From assembly GCA_965262615.1 (NCBI GenBank), contig OZ253545.1, positions 736,001 through 800,000 on the forward strand: a DNA stretch of 64,000 bases, in the 5' to 3' direction. Position 1 is the first letter of the stretch, and each line of letters begins with the position of its first letter. Position numbers and translations under genes: made by a program. The notes beneath the pieces were generated by a model. It saw nothing but the letters and a program-made list of their open reading frames with translations, did no database searches and had not been told where the DNA came from. Below, in pieces: positions 28,732 to 38,049 of this stretch. The stretch comes from Alphaproteobacteria bacterium. GTDB taxonomy: Bacteria; Pseudomonadota; Alphaproteobacteria; GM7ARS4; G965262615.

Positions 28732-29529
28732 TTAGGAGGGAGTGTCAAGCGACTGGTGTTGCCAGCCGAGACTTTGTCCGCCATCCACACTGATGGTTTG
28801 TCCCGTGACGGCATCATTGTGCAACAAAAAAGAGACGGCGTGAGCCACAGTGGCAGGAGTGCCGCCGTGCCCAAGAGGCATACGCAGGCATTGTTGGTGA
28901 AAATCAGCGGCGGATTGTTGCTCATCAGGCAAAATGGGACCTGGCGCGACTTCATTGACTCGCACCTGTGGCGCAAATGCCAGTGCCATGCAACGAGTCA
29001 TGCCGTGCAGCACATATTGACTCATGGCGTAGGTGGCAAAATGAGGCGTCATGTTAAACACGCGCTGGTCGCTGATGTGAATGATACAGCCGCGCTGGGT
29101 CTCAGGCAGAGAGCGGACAAAATGCTGCGATAAAAAAAACACCGCCTTGGCATTGATAGCCATGGTCTCATCCCACTGAGCGGGCGTTGCATCGCGGTAG
29201 GTGTCTGGCAAAAAGATTGACGCATTGTTAATCAGCGCACCGAGTTCTTGATGATGACGATGAGCTTCCTTCACGATGGCATCGGTGTCATCGCGCACAT
29301 CACCTATGATGACGCTGGCTTTGCGTCCTTTTTGTTCAATCTCGGCTTGCAAGGTGCGCGCCTCATCGGCGGAACGGTGGGCATGAATGGCAATATCCCA
29401 GCCCTCGTTCGCCAGATGCAGAGCGATGGCGCGTCCAATACGGCGCGCACCACCCGTGATGAGCGCGATTTTCGGCACGGGCGGCAGAGTTGTATGTGTC
29501 ATTCCATCAATATGAAGTGAATCACTCAT
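28732..29529 (-). CDS. SDR oxidoreductase, pteridine reductase/FolM-like
   Basis: ITGGARRIG, LINNASIF, DQRV, RVNEVAPG, VTGQTISVDGG. Confidence 0.85.
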   Translation of the reverse strand: MSDSLHIDGMTHTTLPPVPKIALITGGARRIGRAIALHLANEGWDIAIHAHRSADEARTLQAEIEQKGRKASVIIGDVRDDTDAIVKEAHRHHQELGALINNASIFLPDTYRDATPAQWDETMAINAKAVFFLSQHFVRSLPETQRGCIIHISDQRVFNMTPHFATYAMSQYVLHGMTRCMALAFAPQVRVNEVAPGPILPDEQQSAADFHQQCLRMPLGHGGTPATVAHAVSFLLHNDAVTGQTISVDGGQSLGWQHQSLDTPS

Positions 29530-31583
29530 GAGACTTTAGCTTGTTTTCTTTTGAGTTTTTTCTTGGCAATGGCACGGCTTCCGCCGCCACTCAATAAATG
29601 GTTTTCTTGTAGCTCGCGAATGGTGTCGCGTAGTCTTGCCGCGTTTTCAAATTCTAAATGCTCCGCCGCGGCAATCATGTCTTTGGTGAGCCGCGCCACC
29701 GCTTGTTCCACCGATTCGCCCTCTTGTTGGGCATCATTTCTTGCGACTTGCAAATTCATTTCGCCGTAGTCGCGCTCGCACATGTCATCAATAATATTGC
29801 TGACGCTCTTTTGCACCGATTGCGGCGAGATGTTGTGTTTTTTGTTATATGCCAGTTGTTTTTCTCGTCTGCGCGCGGTTTCATCAAGCGCGTGCTGCAT
29901 GGACGGGGTGACGCTGTCACCATACAGAATCGCTTGTCCATCCTGATGGCGAGCGGCGCGTCCGATGGTTTGCACCAATGATGTGTGGGAGCGCAAAAAA
30001 CCCTCCTTGTCGGCATCCAAAATGGCAACAAGGCTGCATTCGGGAATGTCCAAGCCCTCGCGCAACAGATTGATGCCAATGAGCACATCAAACACGCCCA
30101 AGCGCAAATCACGAATGATGGCAATGCGCTCCAGTGTGTCAATGTCCGAGTGCAGATAGCGGGCATTGATGCCGCACTCGCCCACATACTCACTCAGTTT
30201 CTCCGCCATGCGCTTGGTGAGTGTGGTGACAAGCGCGCGCTGTCCCTTGCCAATCACCTGGCGCAAGCTGGCAATGAGGTCATCCACCTGCGTGGATGCC
30301 GCCCGCACATGGCACACGGGATCCATCAATCCTGTGGGGCGCACGATTTGCTCAACGCATGTATGGGTTGCTTGCTCCCGCTCCCATGTGGCGGGGGTGG
30401 CAGAGACAAAAACAGTCGGCGGACGCATGCCATCCCATTCGGCAAACATCAGCGGACGATTGTCCATGCACGAGGGCAGGCGAAAGCCATGCGCCGATAA
30501 GGTCTCTTTGCGGCTGCGATCCCCCTTGTACATCGCTCCCAGCTGCGGCACGCTCACATGGGATTCATCCACAATGAGCAGGGATTCGTCTGGAAAGTAT
30601 TCAAACAATGTGGGCGGCGGCGCACCGCGTGTTCGTCCCGTGAGATGGCGCGAGTAGTTCTCAATGCCTTGACAACTGCCGGTGGCGGCAATCATCTCCA
30701 AATCATAATGAGTGCGCTGACGCAACCGTTCCGCCTCCAGCAGCTGATTGTTGCCCTCCAATTGGGCAAGGCGTTCTTGCAGTTCTTGGCGAATGGTGGT
30801 CATGGCTCGCTTGAGGGCTGGCTTGGGCGTGACATAGTGGCTGTTGGCATAAATGCGAATAAAATTCAGCGTCGCACTGATGCTGCCGTCCAGCGGGTCG
30901 CATTCGTGAATGGTCTCCACCTCATCGCCAAACAAGGACAATCGCCAGATTTTATCCTCATAGTGAGAGGGAAAGACTTCAATGGAATCGCCGCGCGCTC
31001 TGAATGTGCCGCGCTTGAGTTCTATGTCATTGCGGCGATAGTGCAGTTCGGTCAGGCGTTTGAGAAAGGCACTGCGCGGCAGAGTCATGCCGCGAGCGAT
31101 GTCAATCACCATTGAGCCATAGGTTTCGCGGTCACCAATGCCGTAGATGCACGAGACGCTGGCGATGATAATCACATCAGACCGTTCAAACAGGGCGCGA
31201 GTGGCATCATGACGCATGCGGTCAATCTGTTCGTTGATGGTGGATTCCTTTTCTATGTAGGTGTCCGAAGAGGGAACATAGGCTTCGGGCTGATAGTAGT
31301 CATAATAAGAGACGAAATAATGAACGCCATTGTGAGGGAAAAAATTCTTCATCTCGCCATAGAGTTGCGCCGCCAGAATTTTGTTGGGCGCAAGAATGAG
31401 GGTGGGCTTTTTGTAACGCTCAATGACATTCGCCATCGTGAATGTTTTGCCGGAGCCCGTGACTCCCAGCAGCACTTGGCTTTTTTTGCCTTGCTTGAGT
31501 CCATCCAGCAGAGCGTCACAGGCGGCGGGCTGGTCGCCAGCGAGGACAAAATCGGACTCTATGACAAAATCATTGTGTTGCAT
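29526..31583 (-). CDS. uvrB: Excinuclease ABC subunit B
   Basis: GVTGSGKT, FVSYYDYYQPEAY, DESH, INLLREGLD, C-terminal UVR helix; start uncertain. Confidence 0.98.
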   Translation of the reverse strand: MQHNDFVIESDFVLAGDQPAACDALLDGLKQGKKSQVLLGVTGSGKTFTMANVIERYKKPTLILAPNKILAAQLYGEMKNFFPHNGVHYFVSYYDYYQPEAYVPSSDTYIEKESTINEQIDRMRHDATRALFERSDVIIIASVSCIYGIGDRETYGSMVIDIARGMTLPRSAFLKRLTELHYRRNDIELKRGTFRARGDSIEVFPSHYEDKIWRLSLFGDEVETIHECDPLDGSISATLNFIRIYANSHYVTPKPALKRAMTTIRQELQERLAQLEGNNQLLEAERLRQRTHYDLEMIAATGSCQGIENYSRHLTGRTRGAPPPTLFEYFPDESLLIVDESHVSVPQLGAMYKGDRSRKETLSAHGFRLPSCMDNRPLMFAEWDGMRPPTVFVSATPATWEREQATHTCVEQIVRPTGLMDPVCHVRAASTQVDDLIASLRQVIGKGQRALVTTLTKRMAEKLSEYVGECGINARYLHSDIDTLERIAIIRDLRLGVFDVLIGINLLREGLDIPECSLVAILDADKEGFLRSHTSLVQTIGRAARHQDGQAILYGDSVTPSMQHALDETARRREKQLAYNKKHNISPQSVQKSVSNIIDDMCERDYGEMNLQVARNDAQQEGESVEQAVARLTKDMIAAAEHLEFENAARLRDTIRELQENHLLSGGGSRAIAKKKLKRKQAKVS

Positions 31584-31666
31584 GGAGAAATCCCTTGCAC
31601 GAGGCGACAAACGGCATTATGAAACAAATGAAGCATTTTCCCCAGATGTGTGACTTACTTTCATAG

Positions 31667-32890
31667 ATGACCGCATTCATGCCCACCATAGCGACACGGC
31701 TTCATTCTATCAAGCCGTCACCCACTCTGCAAATGACCAAAGAGGTGAATCGGCTGCGCCGCGAGGGCGTTGATGTCATTGGCTTGGGGGCGGGTGAGCC
31801 AGATTTTGACACGCCAGACTTCATCAAAGCCGCCGCCATCAAAGCCATTGAGGAGGGCAAGACCAAATACACAGCGGTGGACGGCATTAGCGATTTGCGG
31901 GAAGCAATCGCGGCGCGCTTTAAGAGACGATATCGTGTAAATTGTGTTGTTGACAATGTCCTTGTGGGCTGTGGGGCGAAGCATATTTTGTTCAATGCCT
32001 TGCTGGCATCATTGAACGAGGGGGACGAGGTGATTATTCCCGCACCTTACTGGGTGTCTTATCCCGACATGGTGCGGCTGGCGGGGGGCAAGCCCGTGAT
32101 TGTGCCGTGCGGCGCGGCGCAAGGCTTCAAACTCACACCTGATGCCTTGCGCGCCGCTCTCACACCTCGCAGCAAGTGGCTGATTGTGAACTCTCCCAGC
32201 AATCCAACGGGAGCGATTTACAGTCATGAGGAATTGGCATCCTTGCTGGCGGTGGTGCGGCAGCATGACTCTGTGTGCGTGTTGAGCGATGAGATCTATG
32301 AGGGAATTATTTATGATGACGCGCCCTTTGCCTCGTGTACGGCGGTGGCGCGAGATGTCTCAGAAGAGCTCATTGAGCGGGTGTTGGTGGTGAATGGGGT
32401 GTCCAAAGCCTATGCCATGACGGGGTGGCGCATTGGCTACGGCGTTGGCTCGGCGAAGCTCATCAAGGGCATGGCGAAAATTCAATCCCAGAGCACTTCC
32501 AATGCGTGCAGTGTGAGTCAATATGCGTCATTGGCGGCATTGACGGGGGATGATGGCTTTATGGCGGCGCGCACCGCGGCATTCTCGGCTCGGCGCGATA
32601 GGGTGGTGACCGCACTCAATGACATGGCGGGAATTGAGTGTGATGTGCCGCGCGGGGCGTTTTATGTCTTTCCTTCCTGTGCGGGGGTGCTGGGCAAGAA
32701 GGATGGTGGCGATGTCATTGCCTCGTCTTTGGATTTTGCCTCTTACCTGCTGCGAGCAGCGCGAGTGGCGGTGGTGGCGGGGGAGGCGTTTGGCATGGAG
32801 GGACACATTCGCATCTCCTACGCCACCGATGATGATTCCCTTAAAACCGCCATGAAACGAATAGCAGACGCAGTCGCCCAGCTACGATAG
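31667..32890 (+). CDS. PLP-dependent aspartate aminotransferase (class I/II)
   Basis: GEPDFDTP, NSPSNPTG, DEIY, GVSKAYAMTGWRIGY. Confidence 0.93.
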   Translation: MTAFMPTIATRLHSIKPSPTLQMTKEVNRLRREGVDVIGLGAGEPDFDTPDFIKAAAIKAIEEGKTKYTAVDGISDLREAIAARFKRRYRVNCVVDNVLVGCGAKHILFNALLASLNEGDEVIIPAPYWVSYPDMVRLAGGKPVIVPCGAAQGFKLTPDALRAALTPRSKWLIVNSPSNPTGAIYSHEELASLLAVVRQHDSVCVLSDEIYEGIIYDDAPFASCTAVARDVSEELIERVLVVNGVSKAYAMTGWRIGYGVGSAKLIKGMAKIQSQSTSNACSVSQYASLAALTGDDGFMAARTAAFSARRDRVVTALNDMAGIECDVPRGAFYVFPSCAGVLGKKDGGDVIASSLDFASYLLRAARVAVVAGEAFGMEGHIRISYATDDDSLKTAMKRIADAVAQLR

Positions 32891-32915
32891 CCCATGCAAA
32901 ACCGCGTTTTTTGTT

Positions 32916-33560
32916 TTATTTGATATATCCCTGGGCAATTAAAATAGTGACAGTAATGCCCCCAAACCACATCAAGATGTTTACTTTGCCTGTGAGAACT
33001 TGCATCTTTGTGTCCAAAGATTGAATTGATTTGATGACATCTGACATAGTCCAGACCTCTGAAGAAATGAGAGACTCCACATCGGCTCCACCAAGCTCTG
33101 TTTTGCCTTGAAGGGGACCCGAATAGCGTTTTATGCTGGGTTTTGCCAATCTGTGTATTTCCAAAGTGAGAAAGTCTTCTTTGAAGGTAAAGGTGACGCG
33201 GCGGGAAGTTGGGTTGACAATCCTAGCAAACAATCTGCCGTGAAAACCTGGATCAATTTGTGCACCTGTTGTGGCATAAATTCCTTTTCTGGCAAGACCA
33301 GAGGTCAGATCAAAACGAGCGGCGTGGCTCTGATTGATTGCGATTATTTCATGAGTGCCGATAATGGCAGAGTCACCAGCCTCAACAATGATAAAACCTT
33401 TTTCAGAAATATCTTCTATTTTCTTTCCTTGAATGGTTGCTCCCTGTTTGCCCACGCGCAAATCGTAGGATGCGGGCTGCAATTGCCTGTCTTCATAATC
33501 AGAAATCTCAATCCCGCCATTATCAAGAGCTTCTTTAATCCCTTTGTCTGACAAAATCAT
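32916..33560 (-). CDS. dCTP deaminase/dUTPase-fold protein with C-terminal helix and TM, copy 1
   Basis: MILSD, QPASYDLR, TSGLARKG, IDPGFHG, YSGPLQG; hydrophobic tail ILMWFGGITVTILIA. Confidence 0.82.
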   Translation of the reverse strand: MILSDKGIKEALDNGGIEISDYEDRQLQPASYDLRVGKQGATIQGKKIEDISEKGFIIVEAGDSAIIGTHEIIAINQSHAARFDLTSGLARKGIYATTGAQIDPGFHGRLFARIVNPTSRRVTFTFKEDFLTLEIHRLAKPSIKRYSGPLQGKTELGGADVESLISSEVWTMSDVIKSIQSLDTKMQVLTGKVNILMWFGGITVTILIAQGYIK

Positions 33561-33597
33561 TGCGGCACCCTCTTTTGTTGATGCAATGTTCTTTTAA

Positions 33598-33689
33598 TAT
33601 ACTATTTTTTGCTTGGTCTTACAAGAATGAACGGAAATTACTTTGAAGACGGTTTGTCCCGTTGTTCAAAAAGAGGTTCGCTGACCGCA
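33598..33689. repeat. 92-bp direct repeat copy A (minus-strand promoter TTGTAA-17-TATATT begins within it)
   Basis: Matches 34423-34514 with 5 mismatches. Confidence 0.92.
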
Positions 33690-33740
33690 TTTTTTAATCT
33701 TTTTTCAGCTGCGATAACTCATATAAAACTTCGTTTTGTT

Positions 33741-34385
33741 TTATCTGAAAGATGCCATAATTCCCATCAAAGCGAGCATGACAGGAAAAAGCCACATCAA
33801 CATTTTTACTTGAATTGCGAGCTCTCGCACCTCTCTGCTGGAAGATTGAACCGATTTGATGATGTCTGGCACAGTCCATACCTCTGAAGAAAAGAAATGC
33901 TCCACATCACCTCCATCAAACTCCGTTTTGCCTTGATAGGGACCCGAATAAGGCTTTGTGCTGGGTTCTAACAATTGGTGTATTTCCAAAGTGAGAAAGT
34001 CCTGTTTGAAGGTGAAGGTGACGGGATGAGGCATCAAATTGGTAATGCCAACAAACAATCTGCCGTGATACCCCGGGTCCACTTGTGTGCCTGTTGTGGC
34101 ATAAATTCCTCTTCTGGCATGACCAGAGGTCAGACCAAAACGAGCCGCGTGACTCGCATCCATTCTGATGACCTCATGAGTGCTGAGAAGGGCAGAGTCA
34201 CCAGCCTCAACAACGATAAAACCTCGTTCAGAAATATCTTCTATTTTCTTCCCCTTAAGAGTTGCCACCTGCCTGCCAACGCGCAAATCGTAGGACGCCG
34301 GCTGCAACTGCTTGTCCTCATAACCAGAGATCTCAATCCCTTTATCCCTGAGAGCTTGTTTGATTCCGTTGTCCGATAAAACCAT
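33741..34385 (-). CDS. dCTP deaminase/dUTPase-fold protein with C-terminal helix and TM, copy 2
   Basis: Colinear 214-aa paralogue; TSGHARRG, VDPGYHG; tail MLMWLFPVMLALMGIMA. Confidence 0.82.
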   Translation of the reverse strand: MVLSDNGIKQALRDKGIEISGYEDKQLQPASYDLRVGRQVATLKGKKIEDISERGFIVVEAGDSALLSTHEVIRMDASHAARFGLTSGHARRGIYATTGTQVDPGYHGRLFVGITNLMPHPVTFTFKQDFLTLEIHQLLEPSTKPYSGPYQGKTEFDGGDVEHFFSSEVWTVPDIIKSVQSSSREVRELAIQVKMLMWLFPVMLALMGIMASFR

Positions 34386-34422
34386 TGCACGATCCTTTTT
34401 TCTTGAAACGACACCCCGCCAC

Positions 34423-34514
34423 TATACTATTTTTTGCTTGGTCTTACAAGAATGAACGGCAATTACTTTGAAGACGGTTTGTCTTGCCGTTCAAAAAGAG
34501 GTTCGCTGACCGCA
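34423..34514. repeat. 92-bp direct repeat copy B (promoter TTGTAA-17-TATAGT; includes the last 24 nt of the upstream ORF)
   Basis: Matches 33598-33689. Confidence 0.92.
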
Positions 34515-34775
34515 AAATAGTTTTAGTTCATACAAAATTTTGTCAATGAGCAAATCACGCACCGCCAGATAGGGTGTGTAATAATCCACCGCAACAACGC
34601 GCTCCATATCAATATCGTCACAATCCCATTTTTGATCCACAACGATGGCAAACATGGATGACGCACTGATGTCTTCATCCAAAAAATCACTGACGCTGTC
34701 GCCATCAATGGTCTTGACATGCTGGCGCACCAAATTCAGCAAAGCGGTAAAATCTTGAGGGTTCAGCTCGCACAT
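34491..34775 (-). CDS. Hypothetical acidic protein (94 aa)
   Basis: ORF starts 3 nt after the upstream nuclease stop; no recognised motif. Confidence 0.55.
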   Translation of the reverse strand: MCELNPQDFTALLNLVRQHVKTIDGDSVSDFLDEDISASSMFAIVVDQKWDCDDIDMERVVAVDYYTPYLAVRDLLIDKILYELKLFCGQRTSF

Positions 34776-34778
34776 GGC

Positions 34779-35513
34779 TCAATAGGTCTTGCGTTCTTCT
34801 TCCAGTTTTTTGGCATCGTAATGGGCGATGAAATTCTCGTAAGGAATAAAATCGTAGCGCGCGTAATGACTGGCATAAGGCTCGCGTCCCATGACCTTGT
34901 CATATTTCGTCTTAAATTGGGGTGGTGCTAAAATATAGAATTTCGTTCTAAAGGGTTCTAATTGATAGAGGCGAGAAATGGCATTTTCCATCGTTCCAAT
35001 GCTATCCACCACTTCATAGGCTCTTTGCGGGAATGGTTTATCTTTTTTGTCAAAAAAAATGACATCAATGTTTCTGGCTTCGGCAAGAATATCACCATAG
35101 GTAAATGGTGGGAGTTCCGACAAAGTGACAAGGTTTTTGAGAGGCACACCATTGAATTGAGCCGCTTTATCGGCGGTGAATGTGTGGTATTCGTCCAAGT
35201 TACCCAGCTCAATACACACGCCTTCCATGTGAGCGTGCATACGCTCGTCATCTTTTTTGATGGTGGCGAGGGGTGTTTCTTCGTATTGTCTGTCCTTGAG
35301 GGCAAAGATGCCGATGCCCAGCTTTTTGAACGCGGTGTCGGGGTTTTTCATATCTCTGTAAAGCACACCTCTGAGACCCGCCTTCCAGTCATCTGACCGC
35401 TTGGCTTCAGGATAATAGCGTTCAATGGTGTCGTAGATAACTTCCCATGAGGCAACGCCATCATGGTCTTGTAGCAATCGGCGCATGGCTTCTATTTTTG
35501 TTGCGTCACTCAT
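34779..35513 (-). CDS. Putative winged-helix plus PD-(D/E)XK restriction-like nuclease
   Basis: N-terminal IY..I....P.....DWKAGLRG.L helix pattern; H..MEG..IELG, IDVIFF..P..AYEV. Confidence 0.6.
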   Translation of the reverse strand: MSDATKIEAMRRLLQDHDGVASWEVIYDTIERYYPEAKRSDDWKAGLRGVLYRDMKNPDTAFKKLGIGIFALKDRQYEETPLATIKKDDERMHAHMEGVCIELGNLDEYHTFTADKAAQFNGVPLKNLVTLSELPPFTYGDILAEARNIDVIFFDKKDKPFPQRAYEVVDSIGTMENAISRLYQLEPFRTKFYILAPPQFKTKYDKVMGREPYASHYARYDFIPYENFIAHYDAKKLEEERKTY

Positions 35514-35552
35514 GAAATTATGACTTTAATAAAAAATGTTCGGTAAGGCGAA

Positions 35553-36458
35553 TTATTTTTTTATAATCAATTTTTTGTGGTGTTTTTTGGCAATGACTGT
35601 GGCAAGGAGAATCAATCCTGCCGCGGTGGCAATGGAGCCGCCGCCATTGAAGGCTCGTCCTTCCGTCAGCACCACCAGCGGCACATACAACGCGACAACA
35701 TAGCCCAATAAAACCGATGTGACCGCGATGAGCATCGCCATAATTAATTGCGTGATGGCGTCGCCTCCCAGCACCGCCGCGGTGGTGACTGGAATGGCAA
35801 ACAGTGCAATGGTCACCACCGCTCCTGTTGCCTGAAAACACGCCGCCGCCGCGATTGCCGTGAGCCCTGCCAACACATACCGCCAGCGCGCTGTGGACAT
35901 ACCAATGGACTCGGCATAAATGGGGTCAAAAATCACCACCATCAATTCCTTGCGTAGCGGCAGCACAATCGCCGCCACCAGCACCAACACCAACGCCAAC
36001 ATCCAAATCTCATAGGGCACAAACCACACATCAGACCACGCCACGCCATTCAACAAAGACGGCATCATGATGCCCTCCAAATTGCCATACAACGCATGCT
36101 CAACATCAATATGAAAATGAGACAGCTGCAATCGCTCCAGAAAAAAAACGCCCAAGGCGAAAAAACTGGTGAGCGTCATGCCCATCGCCCCTTGGGTGTT
36201 CAAAACGGTGTGTTTCTCCAGCCACTCGCTCAAGAGCAACGAGAGCATGGCAGCCAGCGTGGCACACAGCAAAATCATGGACGGTGACAGCGTGTGACTC
36301 ACCACCGCCGCCGCCACAATGCCCGGCAACACCGCATGGCTCACCGCATTGGCATACAACAATCCCTGACGCAAAAACAAAAAATGCCCCATCAAACAGG
36401 CAATCATCGCGGTGAGCAACGCCGCGAGCAAGGCGGGAATGTCCAACGCCAGACTCAT
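35553..36458 (-). CDS. Mn/Fe/Zn ABC transporter permease (SitD/TroD-like)
   Basis: AVSHAVLPGI, HIDVEHALYG, FDP.YA; ATGA-coupled start at 36458. Confidence 0.9.
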   Translation of the reverse strand: MSLALDIPALLAALLTAMIACLMGHFLFLRQGLLYANAVSHAVLPGIVAAAVVSHTLSPSMILLCATLAAMLSLLLSEWLEKHTVLNTQGAMGMTLTSFFALGVFFLERLQLSHFHIDVEHALYGNLEGIMMPSLLNGVAWSDVWFVPYEIWMLALVLVLVAAIVLPLRKELMVVIFDPIYAESIGMSTARWRYVLAGLTAIAAAACFQATGAVVTIALFAIPVTTAAVLGGDAITQLIMAMLIAVTSVLLGYVVALYVPLVVLTEGRAFNGGGSIATAAGLILLATVIAKKHHKKLIIKK

Positions 36459-37324
36459 CGCACGGATCGCCACCGCCCATACCACGAGACAAGCCGTGCC
36501 ACAACAAGGGCGAGCACAAACAAACTCAAAGCCGTGAGCGTGATCATGCTGCCCGCAGGAACGCCCGCCTGCCACGAGGAAATGGCAACGCCCACCGCCG
36601 AGCTCAATGCTCCCAATATAATTGCCATCACCAACGCGCCTCCCATAGAGCGATGCAGCAACAACGCCGCCGCTGGCGGAATGATGGTGAGAGACAAGAC
36701 CAAAATCAATCCCGCCGCCGTCAAGCCGCTCATCACCACCGCCAGCACCAAACACAGCAAGATGAACTCCAAACGCCGACGATTCCAGCCGATGGAATCG
36801 GTGAACACAGGGTCCATCAGCATCACGGTAAAGGCGGGGCGATAGAACCACAACAGCACCGCACTCACCAACGCCAGCACCGCCATGCGAATGCCATCCT
36901 GCAGGGTGATGGTGGCAGCCGAGCCCAGCAATAAATCCTCCAAGCCCGCCTGAGACGACACAGGAAGCGTCTGAATGGCACTCAAAAGCACAATGCCCAC
37001 GCCAAACGACCAGCCAATGATGGAACTGAGCATACTGTCATCGCGCAGACCACTGTGACGCTTGATAAAGGAAAAAATCCACAATCCCACCATGCCGCCG
37101 CCAATGCCGCCCACCGTCAGCCACGGCAAGGAGCGTTCCGATATGCCAAAGCCATAGAGCAACAAAAAAGCAAACGCCATGCCCGGCAGGGTGCAGTGGG
37201 TAATCAAATCCACCGCCATGGAACGGCGAGCCAGCAGGGTGAACAATCCCACCGCCGCCGCCGTGCCGCCGAAAATCGCACTCACCAGTGCCACGAGCAA
37301 ACTGTTGTAGGGGATGTCCATCAT
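36455..37324 (-). CDS. Mn/Fe/Zn ABC transporter permease (SitC/TroC-like)
   Basis: D.ITHCTLPG, QAGLEDLLLGSAA, IIPPAAA. Confidence 0.9.
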   Translation of the reverse strand: MMDIPYNSLLVALVSAIFGGTAAAVGLFTLLARRSMAVDLITHCTLPGMAFAFLLLYGFGISERSLPWLTVGGIGGGMVGLWIFSFIKRHSGLRDDSMLSSIIGWSFGVGIVLLSAIQTLPVSSQAGLEDLLLGSAATITLQDGIRMAVLALVSAVLLWFYRPAFTVMLMDPVFTDSIGWNRRRLEFILLCLVLAVVMSGLTAAGLILVLSLTIIPPAAALLLHRSMGGALVMAIILGALSSAVGVAISSWQAGVPAGSMITLTALSLFVLALVVARLVSWYGRWRSVR

Positions 37325-38046
37325 GACAGCAACGAGAAGCCATAGGCTTGGCTGATGTGGGACGGTGTCATGACCTCACGACACGCCCCGCACATCATGG
37401 AGTGGGGGCTCATGAGCCAGACATTGTCAAAGAATTCGGCGATTTTCGCCAAATCATGATGCACCGCCAGCATGGCAACGCCATCGCTCTTCATGGATTG
37501 AAACAGCTCATTGATGATGGTGCGGCTGGCATCATCAATGCCGTTGTAGGGTTCGTCCAGAATGTAGAGCTGGGCTTGCATGGCAAGACTGCGGGCAATG
37601 AGCACTCGTTGTCGCTGTCCGCCGGAGAGGTCGCCAATGGGTTGGTGTGCCGCATCCGCCATGCCCACCCGACCAAGCCACTCCAGTGCCTCGTCTTTGT
37701 GATGCCGCCGAATCAAACCGCCGATGCCAATGCGAGGGTAGAGTCCCATGAGGGTCACATCCAGTGCCGAAAGAGGAAAGTGCCAATCAATATCCTGCAG
37801 CTGCGGAATGTAGGCGATGCGGGAGCGATGAGCATCAATGCCTTTGCCAAAAACACGCACAGAGCCCGATGAAGGGGTCATCAATCCCATGATGGCTTTG
37901 AGAAGCGTGGATTTTCCCACGCCGTTGGGTCCCACAATGGCGGTGAGGCTGGGCTGCGTGATGGCGGCATTGACGCGCTGAAAAACAATCTGCTGACCAT
38001 AGGCACAAGTCAGATCACGAACAGAAAGAATGGCAGCTGCGGGCAT
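37321..38046 (-). CDS. Metal ABC transporter ATPase (SitB/TroB-like)
   Basis: GPNGVGKST, IDWHFP, LSGGQRQR, LDEP, VHHDL. Confidence 0.93.
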   Translation of the reverse strand: MPAAAILSVRDLTCAYGQQIVFQRVNAAITQPSLTAIVGPNGVGKSTLLKAIMGLMTPSSGSVRVFGKGIDAHRSRIAYIPQLQDIDWHFPLSALDVTLMGLYPRIGIGGLIRRHHKDEALEWLGRVGMADAAHQPIGDLSGGQRQRVLIARSLAMQAQLYILDEPYNGIDDASRTIINELFQSMKSDGVAMLAVHHDLAKIAEFFDNVWLMSPHSMMCGACREVMTPSHISQAYGFSLLS

Positions 38047-38049
38047 GAC

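Noticed and set aside
32916-34385. Assignment to known antiphage dCTP deaminases (AvcD-type) or plain housekeeping dcd
   Set aside because: No zinc HxE/PCxxC motif or kinase domain; the TM tail and missing Glu do not fit housekeeping Dcd
36459-36851. N-terminal extension of the 432-aa permease ORF
   Set aside because: Overlaps the upstream permease; the true start is the ATGA-coupled Met at 36458
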